Virus record (IMG/VR): IMGVR_UViG_3300046804_000871
Span: 1 to 26,607 of that record
Origin: a virus
Lineage: Duplodnaviria; Caudoviricetes
DNA: 26,607 bases
Strand: one strand, 5' to 3'
Shown: positions 1 to 9,063 of the stretch, in pieces
Numbering within the stretch: position 1 is the first letter of the stretch
Layout: each line of letters starts with the position of its first letter
Made by a program: the position numbers and the translations under genes
The notes under the pieces: generated by a model
Told to the model about the DNA's origin: nothing
What the model saw: the letters and a program-made list of their open reading frames with translations, nothing else
Databases searched by the model: none

Positions 1-20
1 GCAAAGGGCAACTGCTAGAC

Positions 21-50
21 TTGCACCAATGCCGGAACTAAGTGTACACT
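21..50 (+). promoter_or_regulatory. Putative sigma70-type promoter for the packaging/head operon
   Basis: TTGCAC (21-26), 18-nt spacer, TACACT (45-50), upstream of an AAGGA RBS and ATG 91. Confidence 0.5.
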
Positions 51-90
51 GGGGACACCGGGACCGCAACCCGCATCCGTCTAAGGACAA

Positions 91-714
91 ATGCTCGAAC
101 ACCTGCTTGACTTCCAGCCTGAAGTTATATCCAGTACCGAGGCACCGCCCCCGGTAGAAAAAACTACGCCTATGCAGGCGCTGGATGGGAAGATTAATAC
201 TTCTGACTGGCTCAAATCCATGGGTGCGCCAGACAAAGAGGCTGTTGTATCCGAGCTAGAAAAGACCCAGGCCCGTGAAACATTCACGGCGCTCACCACC
301 AATGCCCCCACCGCAGATGCACACGCCATGGTCTCCAAGCTGGAGACCCCGCAAGCGGTACGGCACCTGACAAGTATGCTCACCGCATACGACTGGGAAT
401 TTATACAGCAGGCAAAAGAGCTGCGCGGCTACGCGGTGGCCAAGATTCTGGAGGAGTGCGAGCACCCGACGGCGTCAATCCGGCTCAAAGCGCTGGCGCT
501 CCTGGGTAAGGTGACGGAGGTTGGGCTGTTTACAGAAAAAATTGAGGTCAAGAAGACGGATATGACCGAGGACGAGGTCGACCGCAAGTTGAAAGAGAAG
601 CTCGCCAAGTTCATGGACGTGACGGATGTGCAGCCGATCGAGGACATTGACGTGATTGATGTCGTGGCCACCCCCGCCCCACCGGAAGACGAACCGGAAA
701 AGCCCAGTGAGTGA
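91..714 (+). CDS. terS: Putative terminase small subunit
   Basis: 207-aa helical ORF with AAGGA RBS; its stop overlaps the TerL start; C-terminal 'RLKALALLGKVTEVGLFTEKIEV' is typical of phage TerS-like proteins. Confidence 0.65.
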   Translation: MLEHLLDFQPEVISSTEAPPPVEKTTPMQALDGKINTSDWLKSMGAPDKEAVVSELEKTQARETFTALTTNAPTADAHAMVSKLETPQAVRHLTSMLTAYDWEFIQQAKELRGYAVAKILEECEHPTASIRLKALALLGKVTEVGLFTEKIEVKKTDMTEDEVDRKLKEKLAKFMDVTDVQPIEDIDVIDVVATPAPPEDEPEKPSE

Positions 715-2239
715 GAAGATCCTGACCCCCGAGGAGGCCACAGCCCTCTACCGCAGACTACCCACCATGGGTAAAGTGGAGAAATTGGAGACTTTGGACT
801 TGTTGGACAAGCAAGAGCACTGGCGGGAGCTGAGAAAGAAACGCCACGACCCCATCGAGTTCGCCAAACACGTCTATCCGGGGTTCAAGATCGGGCCACA
901 CCACAGAAAACTGGCAAAAATCTTCCAGGAAGTGATCTCCGGCCAGAAAAAACGCGTGATTATCAACATCGCGCCGCGTATGGGTAAGTCGGAGTTCTCC
1001 TCCTACCTGTTCCCAGCGTTCTTTCTAGGTAATTACCCTGATAAGAAGATCATCATGGGCACGCACACGGCAGGTTTGTCGGAGGACTTCGGTCGGCGGG
1101 TGCGAAACTTGATCGACTCGGAGGAGTACCGTGAGCTTTTTCCGAACACGCTGGTGGCGGACGACCAAAAAGCGGCGGGCAAGTGGTCAACGAGTTCCGG
1201 GGGGCAGTACTACGCCGCAGGCGTAGGCGGTGCTCTTGCTGGACGTGGTGCTGATCTGTTCGTTATTGACGATCCTCATTCTGAACAGGACGTAAAGGCG
1301 AACTCTCGCCTGGCTTTCGACACGGCGTGGAGCTGGTTCCAGACTGGACCCTTGCAGCGTCTGATGCCTGGGGGCGCGATCATCATTATCATGACCCGCT
1401 GGGGGAAGTTGGACCTGACCGGGCGCCTGATCGACTACCAGACGCGCAACCCGGAGTCTTTGCCCTGGGAGATCGTGGAGCTACCGGCCATCCTGCACGA
1501 GGGCACGGACAAGGAGAAGTCCTTGTGGCCAGAGCAGTGGCCACTGGAGGCGTTGAAGGCGACGAAGGCGTCGATCGACCCGCAGTACTGGAACGCCCAG
1601 TACATGCAGCAGCCCACATCCAACAACGCGGCGATCATCAGCCGGAAACTGTGGCGGATCTGGGAGCCGGACGACCCACCCGAGTGCGACTACGTCATAC
1701 AGTCCTGGGATACGGCGTTCGAGACCAAGACAAACTCCGACTACTCGGCGTGTACGACATGGGGCGTCTTCTACAACGAGGAAGAGAACGACAAGGCGCA
1801 GATCATCCTGCTGGATGCGTTCAAGGACCGCATGGCGTTCCCGGAGTTGAAGCAGATCGCCTTGAAGCACTACAAGGAGTGGGAGCCTGACGCGTTCATC
1901 GTGGAAAAGAAGGCGGCAGGGGCGCCGCTCATCCAGGAACTGCGGAACATGGGCATACCAGTCCAGGAGACGAACCCTAGCCGTGGCAACGACAAGATGG
2001 TACGATTGAACGCAGTGGCTGATCTGTTCGCATCCGGCATGGTGTGGGCGCCAGACACACGCTGGGCGCGTGAGGTGATCGAGGAAGTGGCGTCGTTCCC
2101 CAACGGCGAGAACGATGACTTCGTGGATACCACCAGCCAGGCGTTGCTGAGATTCAGACAAGGTGGGTTTATTCGTCTGGACTCGGACGAACCGGATGAA
2201 CCCAGATTTTTCAGACGCCGTAGCGCGGCGTACTACTAA
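707..2239 (+). CDS. terL: Terminase large subunit
   Basis: Walker A 'APRMGKSE', Walker B 'LFVIDDP', coupling motif 'MTRW', RNase H-like nuclease acidic motifs 'SWDTA' and 'DDFVD'. Start placed at GTG 707, overlapping the terS stop (ORF track opens at 656). Confidence 0.95.
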   Translation: MSEKILTPEEATALYRRLPTMGKVEKLETLDLLDKQEHWRELRKKRHDPIEFAKHVYPGFKIGPHHRKLAKIFQEVISGQKKRVIINIAPRMGKSEFSSYLFPAFFLGNYPDKKIIMGTHTAGLSEDFGRRVRNLIDSEEYRELFPNTLVADDQKAAGKWSTSSGGQYYAAGVGGALAGRGADLFVIDDPHSEQDVKANSRLAFDTAWSWFQTGPLQRLMPGGAIIIIMTRWGKLDLTGRLIDYQTRNPESLPWEIVELPAILHEGTDKEKSLWPEQWPLEALKATKASIDPQYWNAQYMQQPTSNNAAIISRKLWRIWEPDDPPECDYVIQSWDTAFETKTNSDYSACTTWGVFYNEEENDKAQIILLDAFKDRMAFPELKQIALKHYKEWEPDAFIVEKKAAGAPLIQELRNMGIPVQETNPSRGNDKMVRLNAVADLFASGMVWAPDTRWAREVIEEVASFPNGENDDFVDTTSQALLRFRQGGFIRLDSDEPDEPRFFRRRSAAYY

Positions 2240-2247
2240 GGATCGAC

Positions 2248-4854
2248 ATGGCTACCAACATCGACAAGGCCTTATACCAAGCCCCTTCCAGCATGGAGGA
2301 GGACGCACTCGACGAGGAGCCGATCGAGATTGAGATCATTGACCCGGAAGCTGTGAACATCCACGCGGATGGACTAGACATCTCCATCATGCCGGGCGAA
2401 GAGGACGAAGAGGACTTCTCTGCCAACCTGGCCGAGACCATGGCCGAGGGCGCTATCGCCTCCCTGGCGGGGGACTTGTCAGCCGACATCGACCAGGACA
2501 AGCAATCACGCAAGGAGTGGGAGAAGTCGTACGTAGAAGGGCTGAAGCTCCTTGGTCTCCAGTACGAGGAACGCACGGAGCCGTGGCAGGGCGCAAGCGG
2601 CGTGTTCCACCCGATGATCACCGAGGCAATTGTCAGGTTCCAGTCAGAAAGCATAACGGAAACATTCCCCGCCCAAGGTCCGGTGCGCACCAAGATACTG
2701 GGCAAGGAGACGCCAGACAACAAGGCGGCTGCCAAACGCGTTGAGGACGACCTGAACTACGAGCTGACGGACGTCATGCAAGAGTTCCGCCCCGAGCATG
2801 AGCGCATGCTGTGGTCTCTTCCCGCTACCGGCTCCGCGTTCAAGAAGGTCTACTACGACCCGAACCTGGGTCGTCAGGTGTCGATGTTTATCCCGGCAGA
2901 GGACATCATTCTGCCGTACGGCACGTCAGACCTGGACAACTGCTACCGGCTTACGCACGTCATGCGTAAGACCAAGAACGAGATCATCAAGCTCCAGCAA
3001 GCTGGGTTCTACCGCGACATCGAGCTGCCAGACCCCACGCACAGCCAGGACGACATCAAGAAAGCCAAGGACAAAGAGACGGGCTTCAGCGACATCGACG
3101 ACGATCGGTACGTGCTGCTGGAGTGCCATGTTGACTTGGTGCTGCCGGGGGATGAAGATGAGGACGGTGACGGCGAAGAGACGGGAATCGCGCTGCCATA
3201 CGTAGTAACCCTTATAAAAGGATCGAACGATGTCCTGGCCATCCGACGCAACTGGCGAGAAGAAGACCCCCTCAAGCTCAAGCGACAGCACTTCGTCCAC
3301 TACCAATACATCCCCGGCTTCGGAGCCTACGGCTTCGGACTCTTCCACCTCATCGGCGGGTTTGCCAAGTCTGCAACCTCCATCATGCGCCAGCTGGTGG
3401 ATGCGGGTACCCTATCGAACCTGCCCGGGGGACTCAAAACCCGTGGGCTTCGGATTAAAGGTGATGACACGCCGATTGCCCCGGGGGAATGGCGAGATGT
3501 AGACATCAGCTCTGGGGCGCTGCGCGACAGCATCATGCCCCTGCCGTACAAGGAGCCAAGCGCTACCCTGTACAACCTGCTGACCACGATTGTCGACGAG
3601 GGTCGTCGCTTTGCCGCAACAGCCGACATGAAGGTGTCGGACATGTCTGCGCAGGCACCGGTGGGCACGACGCTGGCGCTCTTGGAGCGTCAACTCAAGG
3701 TGATGACGGCGGTGCAAGCCCGCCTGCACTACAGCTTCAAGCAAGAACTGAAGCTGCTGGTCAAGATCATCGAGGACTACACCGACCCCGACTACGCGTA
3801 TCAGCCGGAAGAAGGCCGTCGCACGGCCCGCAAAGAAGACTACTCCAAGGTCGACATCATTCCGGTGAGCGACCCCAACGCGGCCACCATGAGCCAGCGG
3901 GTAGTGCAGTACCAAGCCGTCATCCAGATGGCGCAGATGGCGCCGGACATTTACGACTTGCCGCAGTTGCACCGCCGCATGCTGGAGGTGTTGGGTATTA
4001 AGCACGCTGAGAAGCTCGTGCCCCTGCCGGATGACCAGAAACCCCGCGACCCGGTGGCAGAGAACATGGCGGTCTTGAAAGGCGAGCCGGTCAAGGCGTT
4101 CATGTACCAGGACCACGAGGCGCACATCAAGGTACACATGGCCGCGATGCAGGACCCCTTGATCATGCAGTTGATTGGGCAAAACCCCCGCGCCCCGCAG
4201 ATGCAGGCAGCCATGCAAGCGCACATCTCCGAGCACGTTGGGTTTGGCTATCGCCAGAAGATCGAGCAGCAGCTCGGTATGCCCCTGCCCCCGGAGGACG
4301 AGAAGCTGCCGCCCGAGGTGGAGGTTGCATTGTCGGGCATGATGGCCCAGGCCGCCCAGCAGGTTCTCCAGCAGAACCAAGCGCAGGCTCAACAGCAGCA
4401 GGCTCAACAACAGGCCCAGGACCCGGTGCTCCAGATGCAGAAACAAGAGCTGGCTATCCGCCAACAAGAGGCCCAGACCAAGGCGCAGAAGGTCCAGGGA
4501 GACCTGGCGATCGCGCAGAAGAAACTCCAGCAAGACGCTGCCGAGGCACTTGCCAAGATTCAGTTGGAGAAGCAACGCACCGCCGCAGAGCTGCTGCAAC
4601 GCCAAAACATCGACAGTCGCCGGATCAACATCGACGCGACCAAAGCAGCCATCGACGCGCGTCGAGACACCGGGCGGTTTGACATCGAGACCGCACGCAT
4701 GGAGCAGGAGATGGCTGCACGCAGCCACGCACAGGACCTGGAGCACCGCCAAGCGGCGCATGACCAGAAGTTGCGTCACCAAGAGTCCCAGGCGCGAGCC
4801 AAGGTCAAGATGATGCGTGATCAAAACCAACCAAAGGAGAAGCCCACTAAATGA
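2248..4854 (+). CDS. Portal protein (P22-like, long C-terminal Q-rich coiled coil)
   Basis: 868 aa directly after terL; 'GSAFKKVYYD' and 'GFYGFG'-like ('GAYGFGL') motifs; Gln/Ala-rich helical tail. Confidence 0.88.
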   Translation: MATNIDKALYQAPSSMEEDALDEEPIEIEIIDPEAVNIHADGLDISIMPGEEDEEDFSANLAETMAEGAIASLAGDLSADIDQDKQSRKEWEKSYVEGLKLLGLQYEERTEPWQGASGVFHPMITEAIVRFQSESITETFPAQGPVRTKILGKETPDNKAAAKRVEDDLNYELTDVMQEFRPEHERMLWSLPATGSAFKKVYYDPNLGRQVSMFIPAEDIILPYGTSDLDNCYRLTHVMRKTKNEIIKLQQAGFYRDIELPDPTHSQDDIKKAKDKETGFSDIDDDRYVLLECHVDLVLPGDEDEDGDGEETGIALPYVVTLIKGSNDVLAIRRNWREEDPLKLKRQHFVHYQYIPGFGAYGFGLFHLIGGFAKSATSIMRQLVDAGTLSNLPGGLKTRGLRIKGDDTPIAPGEWRDVDISSGALRDSIMPLPYKEPSATLYNLLTTIVDEGRRFAATADMKVSDMSAQAPVGTTLALLERQLKVMTAVQARLHYSFKQELKLLVKIIEDYTDPDYAYQPEEGRRTARKEDYSKVDIIPVSDPNAATMSQRVVQYQAVIQMAQMAPDIYDLPQLHRRMLEVLGIKHAEKLVPLPDDQKPRDPVAENMAVLKGEPVKAFMYQDHEAHIKVHMAAMQDPLIMQLIGQNPRAPQMQAAMQAHISEHVGFGYRQKIEQQLGMPLPPEDEKLPPEVEVALSGMMAQAAQQVLQQNQAQAQQQQAQQQAQDPVLQMQKQELAIRQQEAQTKAQKVQGDLAIAQKKLQQDAAEALAKIQLEKQRTAAELLQRQNIDSRRINIDATKAAIDARRDTGRFDIETARMEQEMAARSHAQDLEHRQAAHDQKLRHQESQARAKVKMMRDQNQPKEKPTK

Positions 4855-5045
4855 TCCAAGACTTCGCACGCGTATTGCGCGAACAAATACGCAGCGACCT
4901 GAACAACTACGCGGACGACTTGGCGGGTGGTTCATGTCAATCTTTTGAGCAGTATCAAAAACTCTGCGGCGTCATCCAGGGTCTGGCGATGGCAGAGCGT
5001 TACATCATTGACCTTGCTGAGAAAGTCGAAAAAGCAGATGAGTGA
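4851..5045 (+). CDS. Small conserved head-module hypothetical protein
   Basis: 64 aa, ATGA overlap with the portal stop, AAGGAG RBS; 'YQKLCGVIQGL' helix. Confidence 0.75.
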   Translation: MIQDFARVLREQIRSDLNNYADDLAGGSCQSFEQYQKLCGVIQGLAMAERYIIDLAEKVEKADE

Positions 5046-5472
5046 AATCCTCTTGCCCCCGGGCATTCAGTTGCCCAAGCACATCCAGCCTGTAGACCAA
5101 CCGGACGAAGGCGCGGATGCAGAAACCAAGGCGTCAGCCTTGCCAATCCCAGCTGGCCACAAGCTGCTGTGTATCGTGCCCGAGGTCGATGAAAAGATCG
5201 CCGGTACGAGTCTCGACCTGGTTCGAGATGCCACCACCCTGCGTCAAGAAGAGACGGCCACTACGGTGCTGTTTGTTCTGCGTCTGGGCGCGTCTGCCTA
5301 CAAAGACCCGGAACGGTTCCCCACCGGCCCGTGGTGTAAGGAGGGAGACTTTGTTCTTGTTCGTACCTATACCGGTACGCGTTTCAAGATCTTTGGCAAA
5401 GAATTCCGCGTGATCAATGACGATCAGGTGGAGTGTGTTGTGCAAGATCCTCGTGGGATAACCCGCGCTTAA
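5038..5472 (+). CDS. groES: GroES-like co-chaperonin
   Basis: 'LPIPAGHKLL...WCKEGDFVLVRTYTGTRFKIFGKEFRVINDDQVECVV' matches the Cpn10 pattern; ATG 5038 overlaps the upstream ORF end. Confidence 0.8.
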   Translation: MSEILLPPGIQLPKHIQPVDQPDEGADAETKASALPIPAGHKLLCIVPEVDEKIAGTSLDLVRDATTLRQEETATTVLFVLRLGASAYKDPERFPTGPWCKEGDFVLVRTYTGTRFKIFGKEFRVINDDQVECVVQDPRGITRA

Positions 5473-5483
5473 AGGAGTGGTAG

Positions 5484-6452
5484 ATGAACGACGCATATAA
5501 ATTTCCAGACGAGCTGGAAGAAGAAAAGAGGTCCGCCCCGGCGGATGACGTTGAGATCACCGTCGCAGGAGACGACGTTGAGATCGAGATCGTTGACGAC
5601 ACTCCCGAGAGAGATCGTGGCCGTCGCCCCCTAGACCGTGAGGTGGAGGACCCAACGGACGACGAGATTGAGTCATACACCCAGGGTGCGCAAAAACGCA
5701 TCAAGGAGCTGACCCACGCCCGCCACGACGAGCGCCGAGCCAAGGAAGCCCTGGCTCGTGAGAAAGAGGAGCTTGAGCGTCTTGCTCAGCACATTATCGA
5801 GGAGAACAAACGCCTCAAGGCGTACGTGGACTCCGGCACGCAGCAGTACATGACCATGGCCAACGAGGCGGCGGAAGCCAAGCTGGACAAGGCCCGGCGT
5901 GAGCTAAAGGCGGCCCAGGAGTCATATGACTCCGACGCCATCGTTGCCGCCCAGGAAGCCCTGGCCGAGGCGACGTGGGAAGTCAAGAACGCAAAAAATT
6001 TCCGGGCACCCCCTTTACAGCGTGAAGAAGCTGTAGTACAAACTAGCCAACCGCAACCCCAACGGGTTCAAGCCGACGAAAAGACCTTGCGCTGGCAAGC
6101 AAAAAACCAGTGGTTCGGCGCCCAGGGATTCGAGGAAATCACCAGCTACGCACTAGGGCTGCATCAAAAGCTAGTCAACAACGGGGTAGACCCCCGCTCT
6201 GATGAATACTTCGAGCAGATAGACGCTCGCGTGAAGTCGACGTTCCCCGAGGTTTTCGGTGGTAGACGAGACGAGCCGTCCCGTACGGTTGAGACTTCGG
6301 CAAGGAAACCTGCCGCCGTGGTCGCACCCGCGACTCGTACAACTGGAGCGAAGAAAGTACAACTAACGCCGTCGCAAGCTGCGTTAATTAAAAAGTACAA
6401 CCTGGACCCCAAGAAGTATGTGGCAGAAGTTCTAAAACTGGAGAATCAATAA
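5484..6452 (+). CDS. Putative capsid scaffolding protein
   Basis: Acidic N-terminus, long coiled coil, basic C-terminal helix ('LTPSQAALIKKYNLDPKKY'); position upstream of the capsid genes; AAGGAG RBS. Confidence 0.7.
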   Translation: MNDAYKFPDELEEEKRSAPADDVEITVAGDDVEIEIVDDTPERDRGRRPLDREVEDPTDDEIESYTQGAQKRIKELTHARHDERRAKEALAREKEELERLAQHIIEENKRLKAYVDSGTQQYMTMANEAAEAKLDKARRELKAAQESYDSDAIVAAQEALAEATWEVKNAKNFRAPPLQREEAVVQTSQPQPQRVQADEKTLRWQAKNQWFGAQGFEEITSYALGLHQKLVNNGVDPRSDEYFEQIDARVKSTFPEVFGGRRDEPSRTVETSARKPAAVVAPATRTTGAKKVQLTPSQAALIKKYNLDPKKYVAEVLKLENQ

Positions 6453-6904
6453 TGGCTGAAAATCGTACCCCTCGTGACCTAGAGTCGCGCTCAAAAACCG
6501 CTCGGGCTGTATACGTACCGCCCACAAACTTGCCCGATCCGACCCCCGAACCTGGGTATTTGTATCGCTGGGTAGCGACGCACATCCTGGGCCAGGCTGA
6601 ACCTACTAACGTGAGTCGCAAGATGCGCGAAGGGTGGGAGCCGGTAAAGGCAGTTGATCATCCTGAACTTATGCTGCTTGGTAACGAAAAGACCGGAAAC
6701 GTGGAAATCGGTGGGCTCATGCTCTGCAAGATGTCCGTCGAACAAGCCCGTGCCCGCGATGAGTACTACTCCAAGCAAGCGTCGGATCAGATGAACTCAG
6801 TGGACAACCACTTCATGCGAAACAATGACCCGCGCATGCCTCTGTTCTCGGACCGCAAGTCTTCGTCCAGTCGCGGAAACGGGTTTGGTTCTGGTTCTAA
6901 ATAA
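6452..6904 (+). CDS. Conserved head-module hypothetical protein
   Basis: 150 aa, TAATG coupling with the scaffold gene, GGAG RBS; 'YRWV...REGWEPV...GGLMLCK'. Confidence 0.8.
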   Translation: MAENRTPRDLESRSKTARAVYVPPTNLPDPTPEPGYLYRWVATHILGQAEPTNVSRKMREGWEPVKAVDHPELMLLGNEKTGNVEIGGLMLCKMSVEQARARDEYYSKQASDQMNSVDNHFMRNNDPRMPLFSDRKSSSSRGNGFGSGSK

Positions 6905-6917
6905 CAGGAGTTTCTAA

Positions 6918-7520
6918 ATGGCAAACACAAATGCCCCCTACGGCCTACGCGCCGTAAACCGTAACGACGGCATGCCCTATGCTGGCGCTACGAGTCAGTT
7001 CCTGATTGACCCGGCAGGCCTGGGCTCCAATCTTTTCAATGGCCAAGTCGTTATCATTAACGCCAACGGCTACATTGCTCTGTCTACCGCTACTGGTGCG
7101 GATCTGACAACCAACAACCTCGGCGGCAGCTCGCTTGGCGCTTGGGGTGTGTTCGTTGGCTGTTCCTACATCAACGCGCAAGGCCAGCAGATTTACGCTC
7201 AGTACTACCCCTCCGGCACCACCGGCGTGGTTACCGCGTATGTCATCACTGACCCCAACGTGACGTTTGTAGCTCAGCTGGATGGCCAAGTCACCCAAGC
7301 CGCTCTTGGTGCAAACACCTTCTTCGCTGCTGCTCAGAGCACCAGCACTGGCTCGACTACCACCGGTAACTCGACCAGCGCGTTGGAGTCCACCGTTGTT
7401 ACCACGGCTGCCGCCTTCAAGATCATCGGTTTCGCTTCCCCGCTGACCGATACCTACACTGAAGTGTTGGTGAAGTTCAACCCCGGCGCTCACGCCTATA
7501 CCAACGCCGTCGGCATCTAA
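6918..7520 (+). CDS. Putative capsid decoration/cement protein
   Basis: 200 aa, Gly/Thr/Ala-rich beta protein immediately before the MCP; strong AGGAG RBS; highly biased codons. Confidence 0.6.
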   Translation: MANTNAPYGLRAVNRNDGMPYAGATSQFLIDPAGLGSNLFNGQVVIINANGYIALSTATGADLTTNNLGGSSLGAWGVFVGCSYINAQGQQIYAQYYPSGTTGVVTAYVITDPNVTFVAQLDGQVTQAALGANTFFAAAQSTSTGSTTTGNSTSALESTVVTTAAAFKIIGFASPLTDTYTEVLVKFNPGAHAYTNAVGI

Positions 7521-7530
7521 GGAGTAAACC

Positions 7531-8460
7531 ATGGCAATTTCACGCGCACAACTGCTCAAGGAACTGCTCCCCGGCCTGAACGCTTTGTTCGGCATGGAGT
7601 ACGCCCGTTACGGCGAAGAGCACAAAGAGATCTACGAAACCGAGAAGTCGGAGCGTAGCTTTGAAGAAGAAACCAAGCTGGCTGGCTTCCAGGCTGCTCC
7701 TGTCAAGAACGAAGGCTCTGCCATCGCTTACGACAACGCGCAGGAAGCATTCACCGCCCGCTACACCCACGAGACCATCGCCTTGGGTTTCTCGATCACT
7801 GAAGAAGCGATCGAAGATAACCTGTACGACAGCCTGTCTGCTCGTTACACCAAGGCCCTGGCCCGCGCCATGTCCTACACCAAGCAGGTAAAAGCCGCCT
7901 CCGTTATCAACAACGGTTTCAACGGTTCTTATCCCGGCGGTGACGGCGTGTCGCTGTTCGGTGTTAACTCCAGCAGCGTTCGTGTTGGTCACCCCCTGGT
8001 TAACGGTGGTGTGAACTACAACAGCCCGACCGTGGCCGTTGACCTGAACGAGACCTCCTTGGAAAATGCTGTGATCCAGATCGCTGCGTGGACCGATGAA
8101 CGTGGTCTGCTGATCGCTGCCAAGCCGCGTAAGATGGTTGTTCCTCCGGCACTGATGTTCGTTGCCAAGCGCCTGCTTGACACCGAGCTGCGTGTTGGTA
8201 CGAACGACAACGACATCAACGCCCTGAAGCAGATGGGTGCTGTGCCGGAAGGTTACACCGTCAACCACTTCTTGACCGATAGCAACGCTTGGTTCCTGTT
8301 GACCGACGTGCCCAACGGCATGAAGCACTTCGAGCGTATGCCTCTGGCTAACTCGATGGACGGTGATTTCGACACCGGCAACGTCCGCTACAAGGCCCGC
8401 GAGCGTTATTCGTTCGGCTGGTCTGATCCCCTGGGAATCTGGGGCTCTGCCGGAGCGTAA
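7531..8460 (+). CDS. Major capsid protein (HK97 fold, Mu gpT-like family)
   Basis: 309 aa, 'MAISRAQLLKELLPGLNALFG...KARERYSFGWSDP'; TAAGGAG RBS, strong codon bias, followed by a terminator. Confidence 0.9.
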   Translation: MAISRAQLLKELLPGLNALFGMEYARYGEEHKEIYETEKSERSFEEETKLAGFQAAPVKNEGSAIAYDNAQEAFTARYTHETIALGFSITEEAIEDNLYDSLSARYTKALARAMSYTKQVKAASVINNGFNGSYPGGDGVSLFGVNSSSVRVGHPLVNGGVNYNSPTVAVDLNETSLENAVIQIAAWTDERGLLIAAKPRKMVVPPALMFVAKRLLDTELRVGTNDNDINALKQMGAVPEGYTVNHFLTDSNAWFLLTDVPNGMKHFERMPLANSMDGDFDTGNVRYKARERYSFGWSDPLGIWGSAGA

Positions 8461-8464
8461 GCAG

Positions 8465-8494
8465 AAAGGGGGCCTTGTGCCCCCTTTTCTTTTG
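8465..8494 (+). terminator. Rho-independent terminator after the MCP
   Basis: Stem AAAGGGGGC (8465-8473) / GCCCCCTTT (8479-8487), loop CTTGT, followed by a T-rich tract. Confidence 0.85.
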
Positions 8495-8503
8495 TTGTAT
8501 ATT
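8475..8503 (+). promoter_or_regulatory. Putative sigma70-type promoter overlapping the terminator
   Basis: TTGTGC (8475-8480), 17 nt, TATATT (8498-8503); predicted start about 8510, just before the structured RNA. Confidence 0.55.
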
Positions 8504-8512
8504 GTTAGCAAG

Positions 8513-8586
8513 CCCGGGACCCCCGGTGCATCAGACTGACCCGGCAGACGACGTACCGACTGATGCGCTGATCTTGTACGTAAGGA
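8513..8586 (+). ncRNA. Structured (multi-pseudoknot) RNA element, candidate Mu-gpT-DE-type motif
   Basis: Three crossing complementary pairs: CCGGG 8514-8518 / CCCGG 8540-8544; CGGTGCATCAG 8524-8534 / CTGATGCGCTG 8560-8570; ACGTAC 8551-8556 / GTACGT 8576-8581. Lies downstream of a Mu gpT-like capsid gene. Confidence 0.65.
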
Positions 8587-8595
8587 CAATTCATC

Positions 8596-9051
8596 ATGGC
8601 ACTCTCTACCACCCAAAGCATTTGGCGTTCGGGCGGCGGCGATCAGACTCGCACCGCTTACTGTGGTTCCGGCGTTATGGCCGCTCAGTTTTACATTGCC
8701 GACGCCTCTGTAGCCACCGCCACCAACGTCACCGTTGCGTCTGCCTCTGGCTCTCCCGCTCTGATTCTTCCCGCTGGCGCTGTTGTACTCGGCGTGTATA
8801 TCAATGACGCAGGCGCTGGTTCTGTGGATTTGGGCACCCGTGGTTACACTAGCGGTACCGTGACCGGCGCGGCTATTGCCAACAACCTGTCTGTGGCTTC
8901 TGCCGGTGTTGTTACCAGCGGCTTGACCCTGACCGCTACCAGCGAAATGTCCTATGTCACTGTGACGATCGACACGTCTGGTTCCGGCACCGTTGGCGGC
9001 TACATCACGTATTTCGTGGTTGATCCCCTGGCTGGTCAGCAGAACGTCTGA
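8596..9051 (+). CDS. Putative virion structural protein
   Basis: 151 aa, Ser/Thr/Gly/Ala-rich, TAAGGA RBS, capsid-like codon bias. Confidence 0.7.
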   Translation: MALSTTQSIWRSGGGDQTRTAYCGSGVMAAQFYIADASVATATNVTVASASGSPALILPAGAVVLGVYINDAGAGSVDLGTRGYTSGTVTGAAIANNLSVASAGVVTSGLTLTATSEMSYVTVTIDTSGSGTVGGYITYFVVDPLAGQQNV

Positions 9052-9063
9052 TAGGAGCACTTC

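Noticed and set aside
656-706. Upstream extensions in the ORF track (terL 656; likewise 4927, 9326, 9802, 10199, 12723, 21050, 25778)
   Set aside because: Downstream starts have better RBS or stop-start coupling and avoid long overlaps.
3412-4935. 507-aa minus-strand ORF antisense to the portal
   Set aside because: Shadow ORF expected from the strong codon bias of the sense gene; Leu/His/Arg-rich composition with no motifs.
5993-6107. Slippery-like heptamers in the scaffold gene (A_AAA_AAT, A_AAT_TTC, A_AAA_AAC)
   Set aside because: No evident stimulatory structure and no meaningful -1 product established; they are explained by Ala-Lys-Asn codons.
8560-8570. CTGATG resembling a hammerhead ribozyme core
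   Set aside because: The sequence is CTGATGC, not CUGAUGA, there is no GAAA partner, and it is paired in helix P2.
8475-8807. 110-aa plus-strand ORF across the post-capsid intergenic region
   Set aside because: Begins inside the terminator, has no RBS and overlaps ORF 8596 out of frame; the region is better explained as structured RNA.
7540-9060. 506-aa minus-strand ORF antisense to the MCP and the next gene
   Set aside because: Mirror of highly biased sense codons; crosses a terminator and an RNA element; no recognisable domain.
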